Shown here piece by piece: positions 1 through 8,754 of a stretch of 46,889 bases of DNA (positions are counted from its first letter, which is position 1; each line of letters begins with the position of its first letter). Both the position numbers and the translations under genes were made by a program. This DNA comes from Acidobacteriota bacterium (lineage in GTDB: Bacteria; Acidobacteriota; Blastocatellia; Pyrinomonadales; Pyrinomonadaceae): positions 1-46,889 of the forward strand of contig JANMAD010000486.1 in assembly GCA_031359515.1 (NCBI GenBank), in the 5' to 3' direction. The notes beneath the pieces are model-generated. The model had not been told where the DNA came from. It ran no database searches and saw only the letters and a program-made list of their open reading frames with translations.

Positions 1-17
1 ATGCGCGCCGCCGCTTG

Positions 18-1151
18 CTACGGTTGCAGATTATCCGTGCCGAGAATGTTGATGCCCGCCGCCACGTGGCGGATGATGTTATTCGTGAAGCTGATATCTT
101 CGATGCCGCACCACGGGCATATGCCCTGTTGATTGCGCGGCGTGAGCATGATGGCGGTCCCATCTTGTGCGTCCGCCCAATTATTTTCAAACAGGTTGCC
201 GTCAATGACGACGCGGCGTGCGTTCTTCAACTCCAACACATTCTTCACCATCCAGTGCATCCCGGCATAACTGGGATGCGCGGGATTCCAGCTCATGGGT
301 TTGCTGAACGTATTGCGCCTGATATCGATGTCGCTAGGACGCAAGTTAGGGATGCTGGGGTCAGCCCCGCCGAACATGACGTTCTCGCCCGCCGCTTCCA
401 GATAGTTGTTGATGAGGTGAAAGGGGCCGGGGCCATTCCAACCTAAGATCGCCTGGCACTCCTGCCCGACGACGTGGAAGTCCGCGAGGTAAGAGTTCGT
501 GATGGTGGTCTGGGCGGAGTTCAAGGCGATGCCGCGCTTCCAGGTCTGGGCGGCGAAGGCGTGGATGTAGCAGCGGTCGAAGCTGAGGTCGTGCGGCACT
601 TGCGCCAGCGTCGTCTGCTGCGCCCCCACGTCGCCCAGCCAGATCAGGTCGTAGCCGACGAGCGTGGGCGTGGCGGGTCTAATCTCAACGTTGACGAACT
701 TGTAATGATGCGCACCCGGTTTGGTGTCAATTGCATGAGTAGCATTAGCCGGAGCGACGATGGCGGCCATCTTCGGCGCATCGCTAGGGCTGACGCGCAC
801 GCCCTCGCCCGGCAGCGTCGGGTCACTACTGCGAATGGTGATGTAGTCGGCGTCCGTGCCTGTGCCGCCGCTCTTATTGGGTAAGGTGATGGGGCCCTTA
901 TAAACTGCCCCGGCCGTTAATACAATCGTATCGCCTAACTCTGCCTCTGCGAGTGCCGCTTGCAAATTCCCGCCGGGATTAAGTTTGATCACGTTCGTGC
1001 CGGCAGAGAGAACCCTACGGGGGCGTGTGTGTACAGGCGCTACGTCGCGCCTCTGTGCCAGGACGAGCACTAGACAGGCGACGAGAAGCACGCCCACGGC
1101 CGCGGCGAGCAATACCGTCCATATCCTCTTGCGTCTGAATTTCACGTTCAC
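18..1151 (-). CDS. Membrane-anchored right-handed parallel beta-helix (pectin-lyase-fold) protein; candidate polysaccharide lyase or epimerase
   Basis: 377-aa ORF with GTG start preceded by GAGAGGG. N-terminal hydrophobic anchor WTVLLAAAVGVLLVACLVLVLA. Cap-like motif LQAALAEAELGDTIVLTAGAVYKG and recurring Asn-ladder turns (ITNSYL, LINNYL, FENNW, FTNNII) typical of beta-helix repeats. Confidence 0.6.
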   Translation of the reverse strand: MNVKFRRKRIWTVLLAAAVGVLLVACLVLVLAQRRDVAPVHTRPRRVLSAGTNVIKLNPGGNLQAALAEAELGDTIVLTAGAVYKGPITLPNKSGGTGTDADYITIRSSDPTLPGEGVRVSPSDAPKMAAIVAPANATHAIDTKPGAHHYKFVNVEIRPATPTLVGYDLIWLGDVGAQQTTLAQVPHDLSFDRCYIHAFAAQTWKRGIALNSAQTTITNSYLADFHVVGQECQAILGWNGPGPFHLINNYLEAAGENVMFGGADPSIPNLRPSDIDIRRNTFSKPMSWNPAHPSYAGMHWMVKNVLELKNARRVVIDGNLFENNWADAQDGTAIMLTPRNQQGICPWCGIEDISFTNNIIRHVAAGINILGTDNLQP

Positions 1152-1258
1152 TATTCCCTCTCAAGAGCTTGAAGCAAGATGCATAACCTATCCGCACGCA
1201 AAAGGGCAAACCATCTCTGCCGCACAACCTTTGCTCTCTTTAGAAGAGTCTGATTCTT

Positions 1259-2164
1259 TCATTCAGGTAGGCTGGAAGCTTTACGCTCACTCACGTTCTG
1301 TTCACCTGTCGCGCCGTCCCGTTCTTTCGCAAACACAAATTCGTTGCAGCCAAGGCCGACGCCGCCACACTTCAGTTTCAGGAGCGTGAACCCCCGTGCG
1401 CGGTAGAAGTCGAAAATCTCTTCGGGCGTGGCGACTTCATAAGGGTAGCCGCCGACCCAATCAATAATGTCGCGCCAATGGCTCATGCCTCTATTCTGAT
1501 CGTATTGTGTCCACGAGCGGACATAAGCCTGCGGGCGCAACGTCAAGACCGAACGCAACACCGACTTCAACTCGCCCGGCACGGAGACAGCGACGGCGAA
1601 AGGGGTTTTCAAGAAGCGCGGCATCTCGTTGTAAGTCTTCTTGAGCCACTTCCAACGAGCAGCCTGCGTGCCGGTGTCGTTGTAGATCGCGACGAATAAT
1701 TTACCGCCCGGCGCGACGGGCAGGCGCGCGTTGTCAAGCGCGAGCCACATCTGCCCCGTGTGGTGCAGCACGCCCCACGAGTAGACCACGTCGAACTCTC
1801 CGAGCGAGCGCATGTACTCCGTGTCGAGGGCCGAGCCTTCTTTGACAATCCAATCGGGATCGTCCGCGAAGTAGCGCCGCCGCAACTCTGCTGTGCAGGC
1901 AACTGACTGCGGATCATAATCGAGCGAATACACGCGTGCGCCCAACCGCCGCGCTGCCAGGCTGAACAGCCCGCTCCCCGACCCGATGTCCAGAAAACTC
2001 CGGCCGGTCAGATCATCGCTCTCAAGCATCTGCTGCAACGATCTCTCCGCCTCGCCGATGCGTTTCTCATTCAGCAGCGCGAGGAAACGCCCCCAGTTCT
2101 TCCCGAACTCGAATCGCTCGCCGCCTGCGACCTCGCGCGCGTGGGCACTCAACTCATTCATCAT
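1259..2164 (-). CDS. Class I SAM-dependent methyltransferase (1 of 5)
   Basis: 301 aa, ATG start. SAM motif I FLDIGSGSGLFSLAARRLGARVYSLDYD, followed by FDVVYSWGVLHH. Confidence 0.75.
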   Translation of the reverse strand: MMNELSAHAREVAGGERFEFGKNWGRFLALLNEKRIGEAERSLQQMLESDDLTGRSFLDIGSGSGLFSLAARRLGARVYSLDYDPQSVACTAELRRRYFADDPDWIVKEGSALDTEYMRSLGEFDVVYSWGVLHHTGQMWLALDNARLPVAPGGKLFVAIYNDTGTQAARWKWLKKTYNEMPRFLKTPFAVAVSVPGELKSVLRSVLTLRPQAYVRSWTQYDQNRGMSHWRDIIDWVGGYPYEVATPEEIFDFYRARGFTLLKLKCGGVGLGCNEFVFAKERDGATGEQNVSERKASSLPE

Positions 2165-2246
2165 TCAACCGTCCTTAAAATGTCAAAATCACACGCTGTC
2201 GCCGAGCTTCGGAGCGCCGTGCTATTGCTCACATTGCTCGCCATCT

Positions 2247-2894
2247 CTAAGCTCGATACTGCCACCAGTAATAACCGAATTTGAGGTACTCGCCCGCGAC
2301 CATTCGCCAACCGGCCGCGCTGAGCCACCACGTCAGCGGCGCGGGCGACTGCTCACCCGGCGGCATGGTGGCAAGTCCGATTTCGCGCCCGCTGTCCTTG
2401 AATACTCTGCGCAACGTCCACAGTGCGCGACGCGAGTGGTAGGCCGAAGTGACGAAGAGCAACGAACGAGCGCCGTGCGCGTCGGCGTAAGTGCGTAAGA
2501 GCGCCGCCTCTTCGTAAGTGCTTGCCACACGCTCGGGCAGCGCCTCAATCTTATCCGCCGGCACGCCCGCGCGCCGCAACTCGGCCGCCGCCAGTTCGAC
2601 GAAAGACGGGTTGCGCTGCTCCGCGCTCGACCAGCCGCCGCGCCCGCCATCATCCGTCAAAATGATCTTAGGGGCACGCCCCGCGGCGAAAAGCTGCGCC
2701 GCCCGCCGCGCCCGCTCGACGTAAGCCGACGACCCGCTCAGCATTACAATCGCGTCCGCGTGCGGCAACTCCACGCTCACGATCAAAGACCGCGCCGCCG
2801 CCCACGCGATGAGCGGCCATGCAACGAGGCTCAGCGCGCTAAGCCTGAGGAGTCGTACCGCGAGTCGGCTGCGCTGCTCGCTTCTCGCCCGCAC
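2247..2894 (-). CDS. DUF218 (YdcF/ElyC/SanA-like) envelope protein
   Basis: 215 aa, GTG start, N-terminal hydrophobic segment LSALSLVAWPLIAWAAA. Motifs IVMLSGS, KIILTDDGG and VTSAYHSRRA are characteristic of DUF218. Confidence 0.6.
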   Translation of the reverse strand: MRARSEQRSRLAVRLLRLSALSLVAWPLIAWAAARSLIVSVELPHADAIVMLSGSSAYVERARRAAQLFAAGRAPKIILTDDGGRGGWSSAEQRNPSFVELAAAELRRAGVPADKIEALPERVASTYEEAALLRTYADAHGARSLLFVTSAYHSRRALWTLRRVFKDSGREIGLATMPPGEQSPAPLTWWLSAAGWRMVAGEYLKFGYYWWQYRA

Positions 2895-2906
2895 CGAATG
2901 CCCCCG

Positions 2907-4220
2907 TTACCAGCAGATGCCTTGATACGCGCCGCCCGTCGTCTTGCCGTCGAAGAGGCGGACGAGATCGATGAGCGTCTGATCATTGCGCAGGCGTGCT
3001 TCAAGCTGGCGAAACTCTTCGGCTTTATTGCCGATGATCAAAACTTCGGCGTGGTCGAGCACTTCGTCAATGCTCTCGCGCATCAGTTGCGAGATGTGCG
3101 GAATCTCGCGCTCGATGTACTGCTTGTTAGCGCCGAAGAGGCGCGCGAGCGACACGTCGCGGTCGTAGATCGCGAGTTGCATCCCCTTGCCGATGAGCGT
3201 CTCGATCAGTGTGACCATCGGCGACTCGCGCAGGTCGTCAGTGCCCGCTTTGAAGCTGAAGCCGAGCACGCCGATGCGCTTCCGGCCCGTCGCGTAGACC
3301 ATCTCGACGGCGCGCTCGATCTGCCGCCGGTTACTCGGCAACACGGCGGCGAGCATGGGCACTTCCACGTCCAGTTCTTTCGCCTTGTAAGAGATCGCGC
3401 GCAAATCTTTCGGCAGACACGAACCGCCAAAGGCGAAGCCGGGCTTGAGATAATAAGGCGACAAGTTGAGCTTGGTATCCTGACAAAAAATATCCATCAC
3501 CTGATGGCTATCAATGCCGAGCGCCTTGCTGATGTTCCCGATCTCGTTCGCGAAACTGACCTTCACGGCGTGGAAGCAGTTGCAGGCGTACTTGACCATT
3601 TCCGCCGCCTTGATCGCGGTCACGAAGAGCGGCGCATCAACCCCGCTGTAGAGGCGACGCACGCTCGCTGCCACCTCCTCCTCGTCCGCGCCGATCAGGG
3701 TGAACGGCGGCGCGTAAAAATCTTTAAGCGATGTGCCCTCGCGTAAAAATTCCGGGTTGATGCAGACGCCGAAATCGCGTCCCACCTTCTTCCCGGAATA
3801 AACTTCGAGCGTAGGAATCACGACCGTCTCAATCGTCCCCGGCAACATCGTACTGCGGATGACGACGGTATGTCGCTCGTGCTTCTGCTCTAACACGCCG
3901 CCGATCTGCTGGCAGACGCGCTTGATGAAAGTCAGATCAAGCGACCCATTGGCGTTGCTCGGCGTGCCGACGCAGACCAGCGAGCACTCCGAATTGTTGA
4001 CCGCGTCTGCCACCTCGGTTGTCGCTCGGAGCCGGCCGGCCGCAACCATCTCCGCGATCAACTCGCTGATGCCCGCCTCGACAATCGGACTCTTGCCACC
4101 ATTGATGATCTCTACCTTAACGGGGCTAACGTCCACGCCGACGACCTCATGCCCCTCCTTTGCGAAACACGCAGCCGACACGCAGCCGACATAACCCAAC
4201 CCGAACACGCTCAATCTCAT
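2907..4220 (-). CDS. algD: GDP-mannose 6-dehydrogenase (AlgD-like nucleotide-sugar dehydrogenase)
   Basis: 437 aa. Rossmann N-terminus MRLSVFGLGYVGCVSAACFAKEGHEVVGVDV, KSPIVE, catalytic GGSCLPKD, FKAGTDDLRESP, and a C-terminal GICW ending. Colinear with my recollection of Pseudomonas AlgD (about 436 aa, same N- and C-terminal strings) and unlike Ugd/WecC types. Purine-rich GGGGAGCAGAGAGAAG lies upstream of the ATG. Confidence 0.85.
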   Translation of the reverse strand: MRLSVFGLGYVGCVSAACFAKEGHEVVGVDVSPVKVEIINGGKSPIVEAGISELIAEMVAAGRLRATTEVADAVNNSECSLVCVGTPSNANGSLDLTFIKRVCQQIGGVLEQKHERHTVVIRSTMLPGTIETVVIPTLEVYSGKKVGRDFGVCINPEFLREGTSLKDFYAPPFTLIGADEEEVAASVRRLYSGVDAPLFVTAIKAAEMVKYACNCFHAVKVSFANEIGNISKALGIDSHQVMDIFCQDTKLNLSPYYLKPGFAFGGSCLPKDLRAISYKAKELDVEVPMLAAVLPSNRRQIERAVEMVYATGRKRIGVLGFSFKAGTDDLRESPMVTLIETLIGKGMQLAIYDRDVSLARLFGANKQYIEREIPHISQLMRESIDEVLDHAEVLIIGNKAEEFRQLEARLRNDQTLIDLVRLFDGKTTGGAYQGICW

Positions 4221-4240
4221 TTAGCTTCTCTCTGCTCCCC

Positions 4241-5509
4241 TCAAATCGCCGGCCGCAAGCCTTCCGCCGCCGTGCCCTCGACAAACTCGTGTGCGCCGGC
4301 CCGCCCCTTGATCGCGTCCGCGCAGATTTCCGCGAACCGCGTCGCCACCTGCGCCCAACCGAACCGCTCGCGCACGAGCGCCGCCGCCTGCGCGCCAATC
4401 GCTTTCGCGCTTGCCTCATCCTGCAACAACGCGACGACGCGCCTCGCAAACTCTGCGGGCGTGTCGGCGAGAAAGAGATCGACCCCGGCGCGCACCGGCA
4501 AACCTTCCGCGCCGATTGTCGTCGAGACGATGGGCAACTCCATCCCCATCGCCTCATAGATTTTCAGCCGCGTCCCGCCGCCGATCCTGATCGGCACGAC
4601 GTACACGGACGCTGCCTCCATGTACGGCCGCACGTCCTCGACGCGCCCCGTCACGACGACCGACGGATCACGCTTGCTCAGTTCAACCAGACTCGGATAA
4701 GGCTTGCGCCCGACCACTGTCAGCGTCACACCGGGCACGGACTGCTTGATGCGCGGCATGATCTCTTTCGTGAAATACTGGATCGCGTCTTCATTCGGCA
4801 GCCAGTCCATTGAGCCGGTGAAGATGAGATTGTATGGCTCGCGCTGCCCTACGCCACGCGGGCGGAAGAATTCCGTGTCCACGCCCGTCGGCACGTCCGC
4901 CACGCCCGTCACGCCATAATCGCGCGCCAACGTCTCTCGATCCTCACGCGAGACGGCGATCACCCGGTCGAAGCGGCGACAGGCCGCGCGCTCGTAAGCG
5001 CGCGATTTCAACCATTGCCCGTAAAGAAAAGTCTTCTTCAACGGATTCGCCTGTACCTCATAATGCCGCCGCCAAATCATTGTCTCGACGTTGTGCTGAA
5101 AAAGCACGGTCGCGCAGGGTAACTGCGCGGGCACGTTGACGCTTGGCTGCAAGAAGTCGCAGACGAGCACGTCGAACTTTTCGCCGGCAGTCCGCTTTAA
5201 TATCTCGCGTCTCATTCCCTCCGACTTATATTTGCTCATGAAGTACGGCAGCGGTGAGATGAGATTCTGTGCCAGTTCGGCGTAGAAGCCCGGCGAGAAC
5301 TTCGCGCGCGTGTGATGCGGCACGCGGACTAGCTCGTGGCAATACTCGGCGGCGAGCGTTTGCGCGTCAGCGGCGGCGCTCCCATCGTCGAGCGTCAAAT
5401 ACGTAACGTGATGCGCCCGCTTCAACTCACGCAGCATCTGATAGGTGCGAATCTTGCCGCCCTTATCAACCGGATGAAGCAGTTCAGTTTTGAGCCAGAG
5501 TATACGCAC
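4241..5509 (-). CDS. GT4-family (GT-B) glycosyltransferase, PEP-CTERM/EpsH-locus-like N-terminus
   Basis: 422 aa, GTG start. N-terminus MRILWLKTELLHPVDKGGKIRTYQMLRELKR; C-terminal GGTRLKIYEAMGMELPIVSTTIGAEGL (E-x7-E region). Confidence 0.8.
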   Translation of the reverse strand: MRILWLKTELLHPVDKGGKIRTYQMLRELKRAHHVTYLTLDDGSAAADAQTLAAEYCHELVRVPHHTRAKFSPGFYAELAQNLISPLPYFMSKYKSEGMRREILKRTAGEKFDVLVCDFLQPSVNVPAQLPCATVLFQHNVETMIWRRHYEVQANPLKKTFLYGQWLKSRAYERAACRRFDRVIAVSREDRETLARDYGVTGVADVPTGVDTEFFRPRGVGQREPYNLIFTGSMDWLPNEDAIQYFTKEIMPRIKQSVPGVTLTVVGRKPYPSLVELSKRDPSVVVTGRVEDVRPYMEAASVYVVPIRIGGGTRLKIYEAMGMELPIVSTTIGAEGLPVRAGVDLFLADTPAEFARRVVALLQDEASAKAIGAQAAALVRERFGWAQVATRFAEICADAIKGRAGAHEFVEGTAAEGLRPAI

Positions 5510-5538
5510 GGTGAATCGCCGTTTTGGAACGGATGTGA

Positions 5539-6708
5539 TTACGAGAAGACTCGCTTCAAGCGCAGGAACGGCGCTTCTAAATACTTTCGGGAAAGCAGTG
5601 CCAAAGCAAATGTGACCAGCAGTATTACCGCCGCCCGCACCAGCACCGCGCCGAGCGCGCCCACCGTGCCGGCCACATTTAAGTTCAGCGCATGCGTGAA
5701 AAACTCATACGCATCGCCGATAGCCAGATGAATGAGATAGATGCAGTAGCTGAGATCGCCACTCAAACGGGCGAACGAAGAGCGCAGGAGCGCCGTCCAT
5801 CTGGTTGCACGCAGCGTTAGAGCGGAAAGAATAAATGCCGCAAAGGGCAACTGCGACTGTGTATAGCGTAACGCTGCGCCGAGCGTGCCCCTTTGCATCA
5901 GGCCAAAGGGAAATCCAACCAAGGTTATGATCACCGCGCTGATCAATAGCAAGGCGGCTAACTTGAAGGAATTGCGCGCCGTGCTATAGGGCGTGCGCAC
6001 CCAGACGGCGAGCAAAGCGCCGAGCGCCAGGCCGTCGAAGCGAAACCAGGAGTAAAGATAAATCTCCGCATCGAGATCCATTCCGCGCGCCGCACACACC
6101 CCACGCAAGACGGGCGTGGCGACGACGATTAGCAACGACAAGATGGTTAGATTACGCCGACTAAGATACAAAACAAGTAAGGGCCAGAGCAGATAAAAAT
6201 GCTCCTCCACCGAGAGCGACCAGAAAACCCCTGCCCCGTGCGGCACGCCTGCATTTAAGTAATGAGAGAAGTTAGCAAGGAAAGCTAAGCTGATCAGAAA
6301 GAAGCGGGCCGCGCCTGTATAGCAGAGCCACATCAGGGCAATCACGGTAAAGTAGAGCGGCAAAATGCGGAGGGCGCGGCGGCTGTAAAAATTGCGGAAA
6401 TAAGCCGGGCGAGTCTTGGAGTCCAACAGAATGCCGGTGATCAGGAAACCGGAAAGAATGAAGAACAGATCGACGCCAAGCCAACCGTGACTGATCACGC
6501 CCAAGACAACATTTGGGATATGTGCGAGCGCGCCCTCAGGATTCGGATAGCCATTGAACAGGTGGTTTACCAGCACCATCCATATCGCCAGCGCGCGAAT
6601 GCCATCAAGCTCCGGGATACGTATATGGCTAAACGCCGGAGATGCCGTGCGCACAAGCGGCTTGGGCACGGTGATCTCGATGGGCGCGTCGAATGTATTA
6701 GTAGCCAT
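5539..6708 (-). CDS. Acyltransferase family 3 (OafA/YrhL-like membrane O-acyltransferase)
   Basis: Motif LDGIRALAIWMVLVNHL followed by about 10 hydrophobic helices. The longest ORF begins at a TTG (6756); I prefer the first ATG at 6708 (MATNTF...). Start is uncertain. Confidence 0.7.
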   Translation of the reverse strand: MATNTFDAPIEITVPKPLVRTASPAFSHIRIPELDGIRALAIWMVLVNHLFNGYPNPEGALAHIPNVVLGVISHGWLGVDLFFILSGFLITGILLDSKTRPAYFRNFYSRRALRILPLYFTVIALMWLCYTGAARFFLISLAFLANFSHYLNAGVPHGAGVFWSLSVEEHFYLLWPLLVLYLSRRNLTILSLLIVVATPVLRGVCAARGMDLDAEIYLYSWFRFDGLALGALLAVWVRTPYSTARNSFKLAALLLISAVIITLVGFPFGLMQRGTLGAALRYTQSQLPFAAFILSALTLRATRWTALLRSSFARLSGDLSYCIYLIHLAIGDAYEFFTHALNLNVAGTVGALGAVLVRAAVILLVTFALALLSRKYLEAPFLRLKRVFS

Positions 6709-6765
6709 TGCAGTTCTCTTATAAAAGTTTTCGCTTCTCTGAGCAGAGAATTTCAACCAAGCAGT

Positions 6766-8745
6766 TTAGTAACCCGCGATCTGATTATTAGCCACTATAG
6801 TTTCCGGCGGCGGATACGCTGAGAGCAGCGCTTCTTCGCCATCAATGAATTGCCGCTGCCACATTTCAAAGTTAACGAGCGCCCAGAGTCGCTCCGTGTG
6901 GTTCTCCCCCGCTTGATGGCGGGCGACGAGGCGGCGCACGTAATGCTGATCGAACAAGCCGCGACTCGCCGCCCGCGCGCCCAACACGTATTCATCTATG
7001 ACGTGGCGGTACGGCCCGCGAAACCACGCGCCGACCGGGACGGGGAAGCCCATTTTCTTGCGCGACAGAATCGGTTCAGGCAGCACGTGCTTCATGCTCT
7101 GCCGCAGGATATATTTAGTCGTCCACCCGCGCCTTATCTTCAGGCGTTCGGGCAGGCGGGCGGTGTACTCGACGAGTTTGTGATCGAGGAATGGCACGCG
7201 GCTCTCGATGGACGCCGCCATGCTCATCTGATCCTGCTTCATCAGCAACTCGTGCAGGTACGTCTTCACATCGGCGTAGAGCATCCGGTTGAGCAGCGAA
7301 CCGGCGTCGGTCGAGTCGAAGTAGCGGCGCATGTCTGCGTAAGGCGCGATAGGGCCGACGCGCTCCTTCGTCTCTGCTGTCAACAACTCTTGCTGCATCG
7401 CGCGCGTGAAGACGGCGAAGTTGTCGAAGTAGAGACTCTCGATGTCCGGCTCAAGGCAGAGGAACGTGCGCGACAATTTGTGCCGCGCCCGCGAGTCAAC
7501 CGGCAGACTTTCAATCCGGCGGCTGACCGCGCGGCGCAAAGATGTGCTCGTCAAATTGTGATAGTGCGGGCCGAGCGCCATGTTGTAGATCGTCTTGTAG
7601 TAACGCTCGTAGCCACCGAGCATTTCATCGCTGCCCTCGCCCGTCAGCACGACCTTGACGTGGCGGGCCGCAAGTTGCGAGACGAAGTAAAGCGCGACGC
7701 TCGAAGGGTGCGCGAGCGGTTCGTCCTCGTGCCAGACGAGTTTCGGCAGCGCGGCGAAGAACTGTTCGGGGCTGACGATGATCTCATGATGATCGGTCTT
7801 GAAGGCCCGCGCCACCAACCGCGCGTACTCAAGCTCATTGGCTTCGCGCTCCTTGAATGCAACCGAGAATGTCTTGACGGGCGCGTCAACCATGCCGCTC
7901 ATCACGGCGGCGATGGCCGAGGAATCGATCCCGCCCGACAGAAACATGCCAAGCGGCACGTCGGCCATCAGGCGCAGCCGAACGGACGTGCGAAAGAGCT
8001 CGTCCCACTCGGCGATGTAATCAGCGTCGCTCCGGCGATCATTTTGCCCGTTCGCCTCTGCGTCCGTGTAGCGCAAGTCCCAATACTTTTCGATCCGCAC
8101 CTGCCCGTCGCGCCAAAGCAGATGATGGCCGGGCAACAGCCGTTTGACGCCCGCGAAGAGCGTCTCTGCGGCGGATGTGCCATGGTTCGCGAGGTAATCA
8201 GGCAACGCGCCGAAGTTAATCTCCGGTGTGATGGCGTGCGCCGCGAACAACGCCTTGATCTCCGATGCGAAGTAGAGCGAGCCGTCCGGTGCGTGGACGT
8301 AGTAGAGGGGCTTGACGCCCAGACGGTCGCGCGCGATGAATAACTCGCGCCGCCGCTCGTCCCAGATCGCGAACGCGAACATCCCGCGCAAACGTTCGAC
8401 CGCGCGTGCGCCCTCTTCCTCGTAGAGGTGCAGAATCGTCTCCGTGTCGCAGTGCGTTTGATAGACATGGCCGCGCGCCTCGAGCTCAGCGCGAAAGTCG
8501 GCGTGGTTGTATATCTCGCCGTTGTAAACGATGTGCAGCGTGCCGTCCTCATTCGTCATCGGCTGATGGCCGCCCGCGACATCAACGATGCTCAAGCGCC
8601 GATGGCCGAGGCCGATCTGCGCGCCGACGTAGCTGCCGTGATCGTCCGGCCCGCGATGTCTGATCACGTCGCGCATCCGTTCGAGCGTGCGCACGTCCAC
8701 GCGCCCCGCCCCCGCCGCTAAAGCTATGCCATTAATACCGCACAT
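6766..8745 (-). CDS. AsnB-family glutamine-dependent amidotransferase, paralog 1
   Basis: 659 aa. N-terminal nucleophile MCGI, RGPDD, GEIYN, and PP-loop LSGGIDSSAIAAVM. Confidence 0.85.
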   Translation of the reverse strand: MCGINGIALAAGAGRVDVRTLERMRDVIRHRGPDDHGSYVGAQIGLGHRRLSIVDVAGGHQPMTNEDGTLHIVYNGEIYNHADFRAELEARGHVYQTHCDTETILHLYEEEGARAVERLRGMFAFAIWDERRRELFIARDRLGVKPLYYVHAPDGSLYFASEIKALFAAHAITPEINFGALPDYLANHGTSAAETLFAGVKRLLPGHHLLWRDGQVRIEKYWDLRYTDAEANGQNDRRSDADYIAEWDELFRTSVRLRLMADVPLGMFLSGGIDSSAIAAVMSGMVDAPVKTFSVAFKEREANELEYARLVARAFKTDHHEIIVSPEQFFAALPKLVWHEDEPLAHPSSVALYFVSQLAARHVKVVLTGEGSDEMLGGYERYYKTIYNMALGPHYHNLTSTSLRRAVSRRIESLPVDSRARHKLSRTFLCLEPDIESLYFDNFAVFTRAMQQELLTAETKERVGPIAPYADMRRYFDSTDAGSLLNRMLYADVKTYLHELLMKQDQMSMAASIESRVPFLDHKLVEYTARLPERLKIRRGWTTKYILRQSMKHVLPEPILSRKKMGFPVPVGAWFRGPYRHVIDEYVLGARAASRGLFDQHYVRRLVARHQAGENHTERLWALVNFEMWQRQFIDGEEALLSAYPPPETIVANNQIAGY

Positions 8746-8754
8746 AAAAAATTT

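Noticed and set aside
2907-4220. Calling the locus an alginate biosynthesis operon because of the AlgD-like gene.
   Set aside because: No Alg8/Alg44 synthase or AlgK/E/X/G/L-type genes are recognisable. The locus has Wzx, Wzy_C and WecA-type components instead, so only the precursor step is shared.
6850-8343. Very long antisense ORFs opposite real genes. Examples on the + strand are 6850-8343 (497 aa), 16748-18136 (462 aa), 36882-38207 (441 aa), 44724-45755 (343 aa), 2760-3746, 9439-10068, 18978-19895 and 40191-41069.
   Set aside because: These are typical shadow ORFs of high-GC genes. They are Arg/Ala/His/Asp/Val-rich low-complexity translations with no recognisable motifs. Each lies opposite a frame that carries clear family signatures (AsnB, GT4, AlgD and so on).
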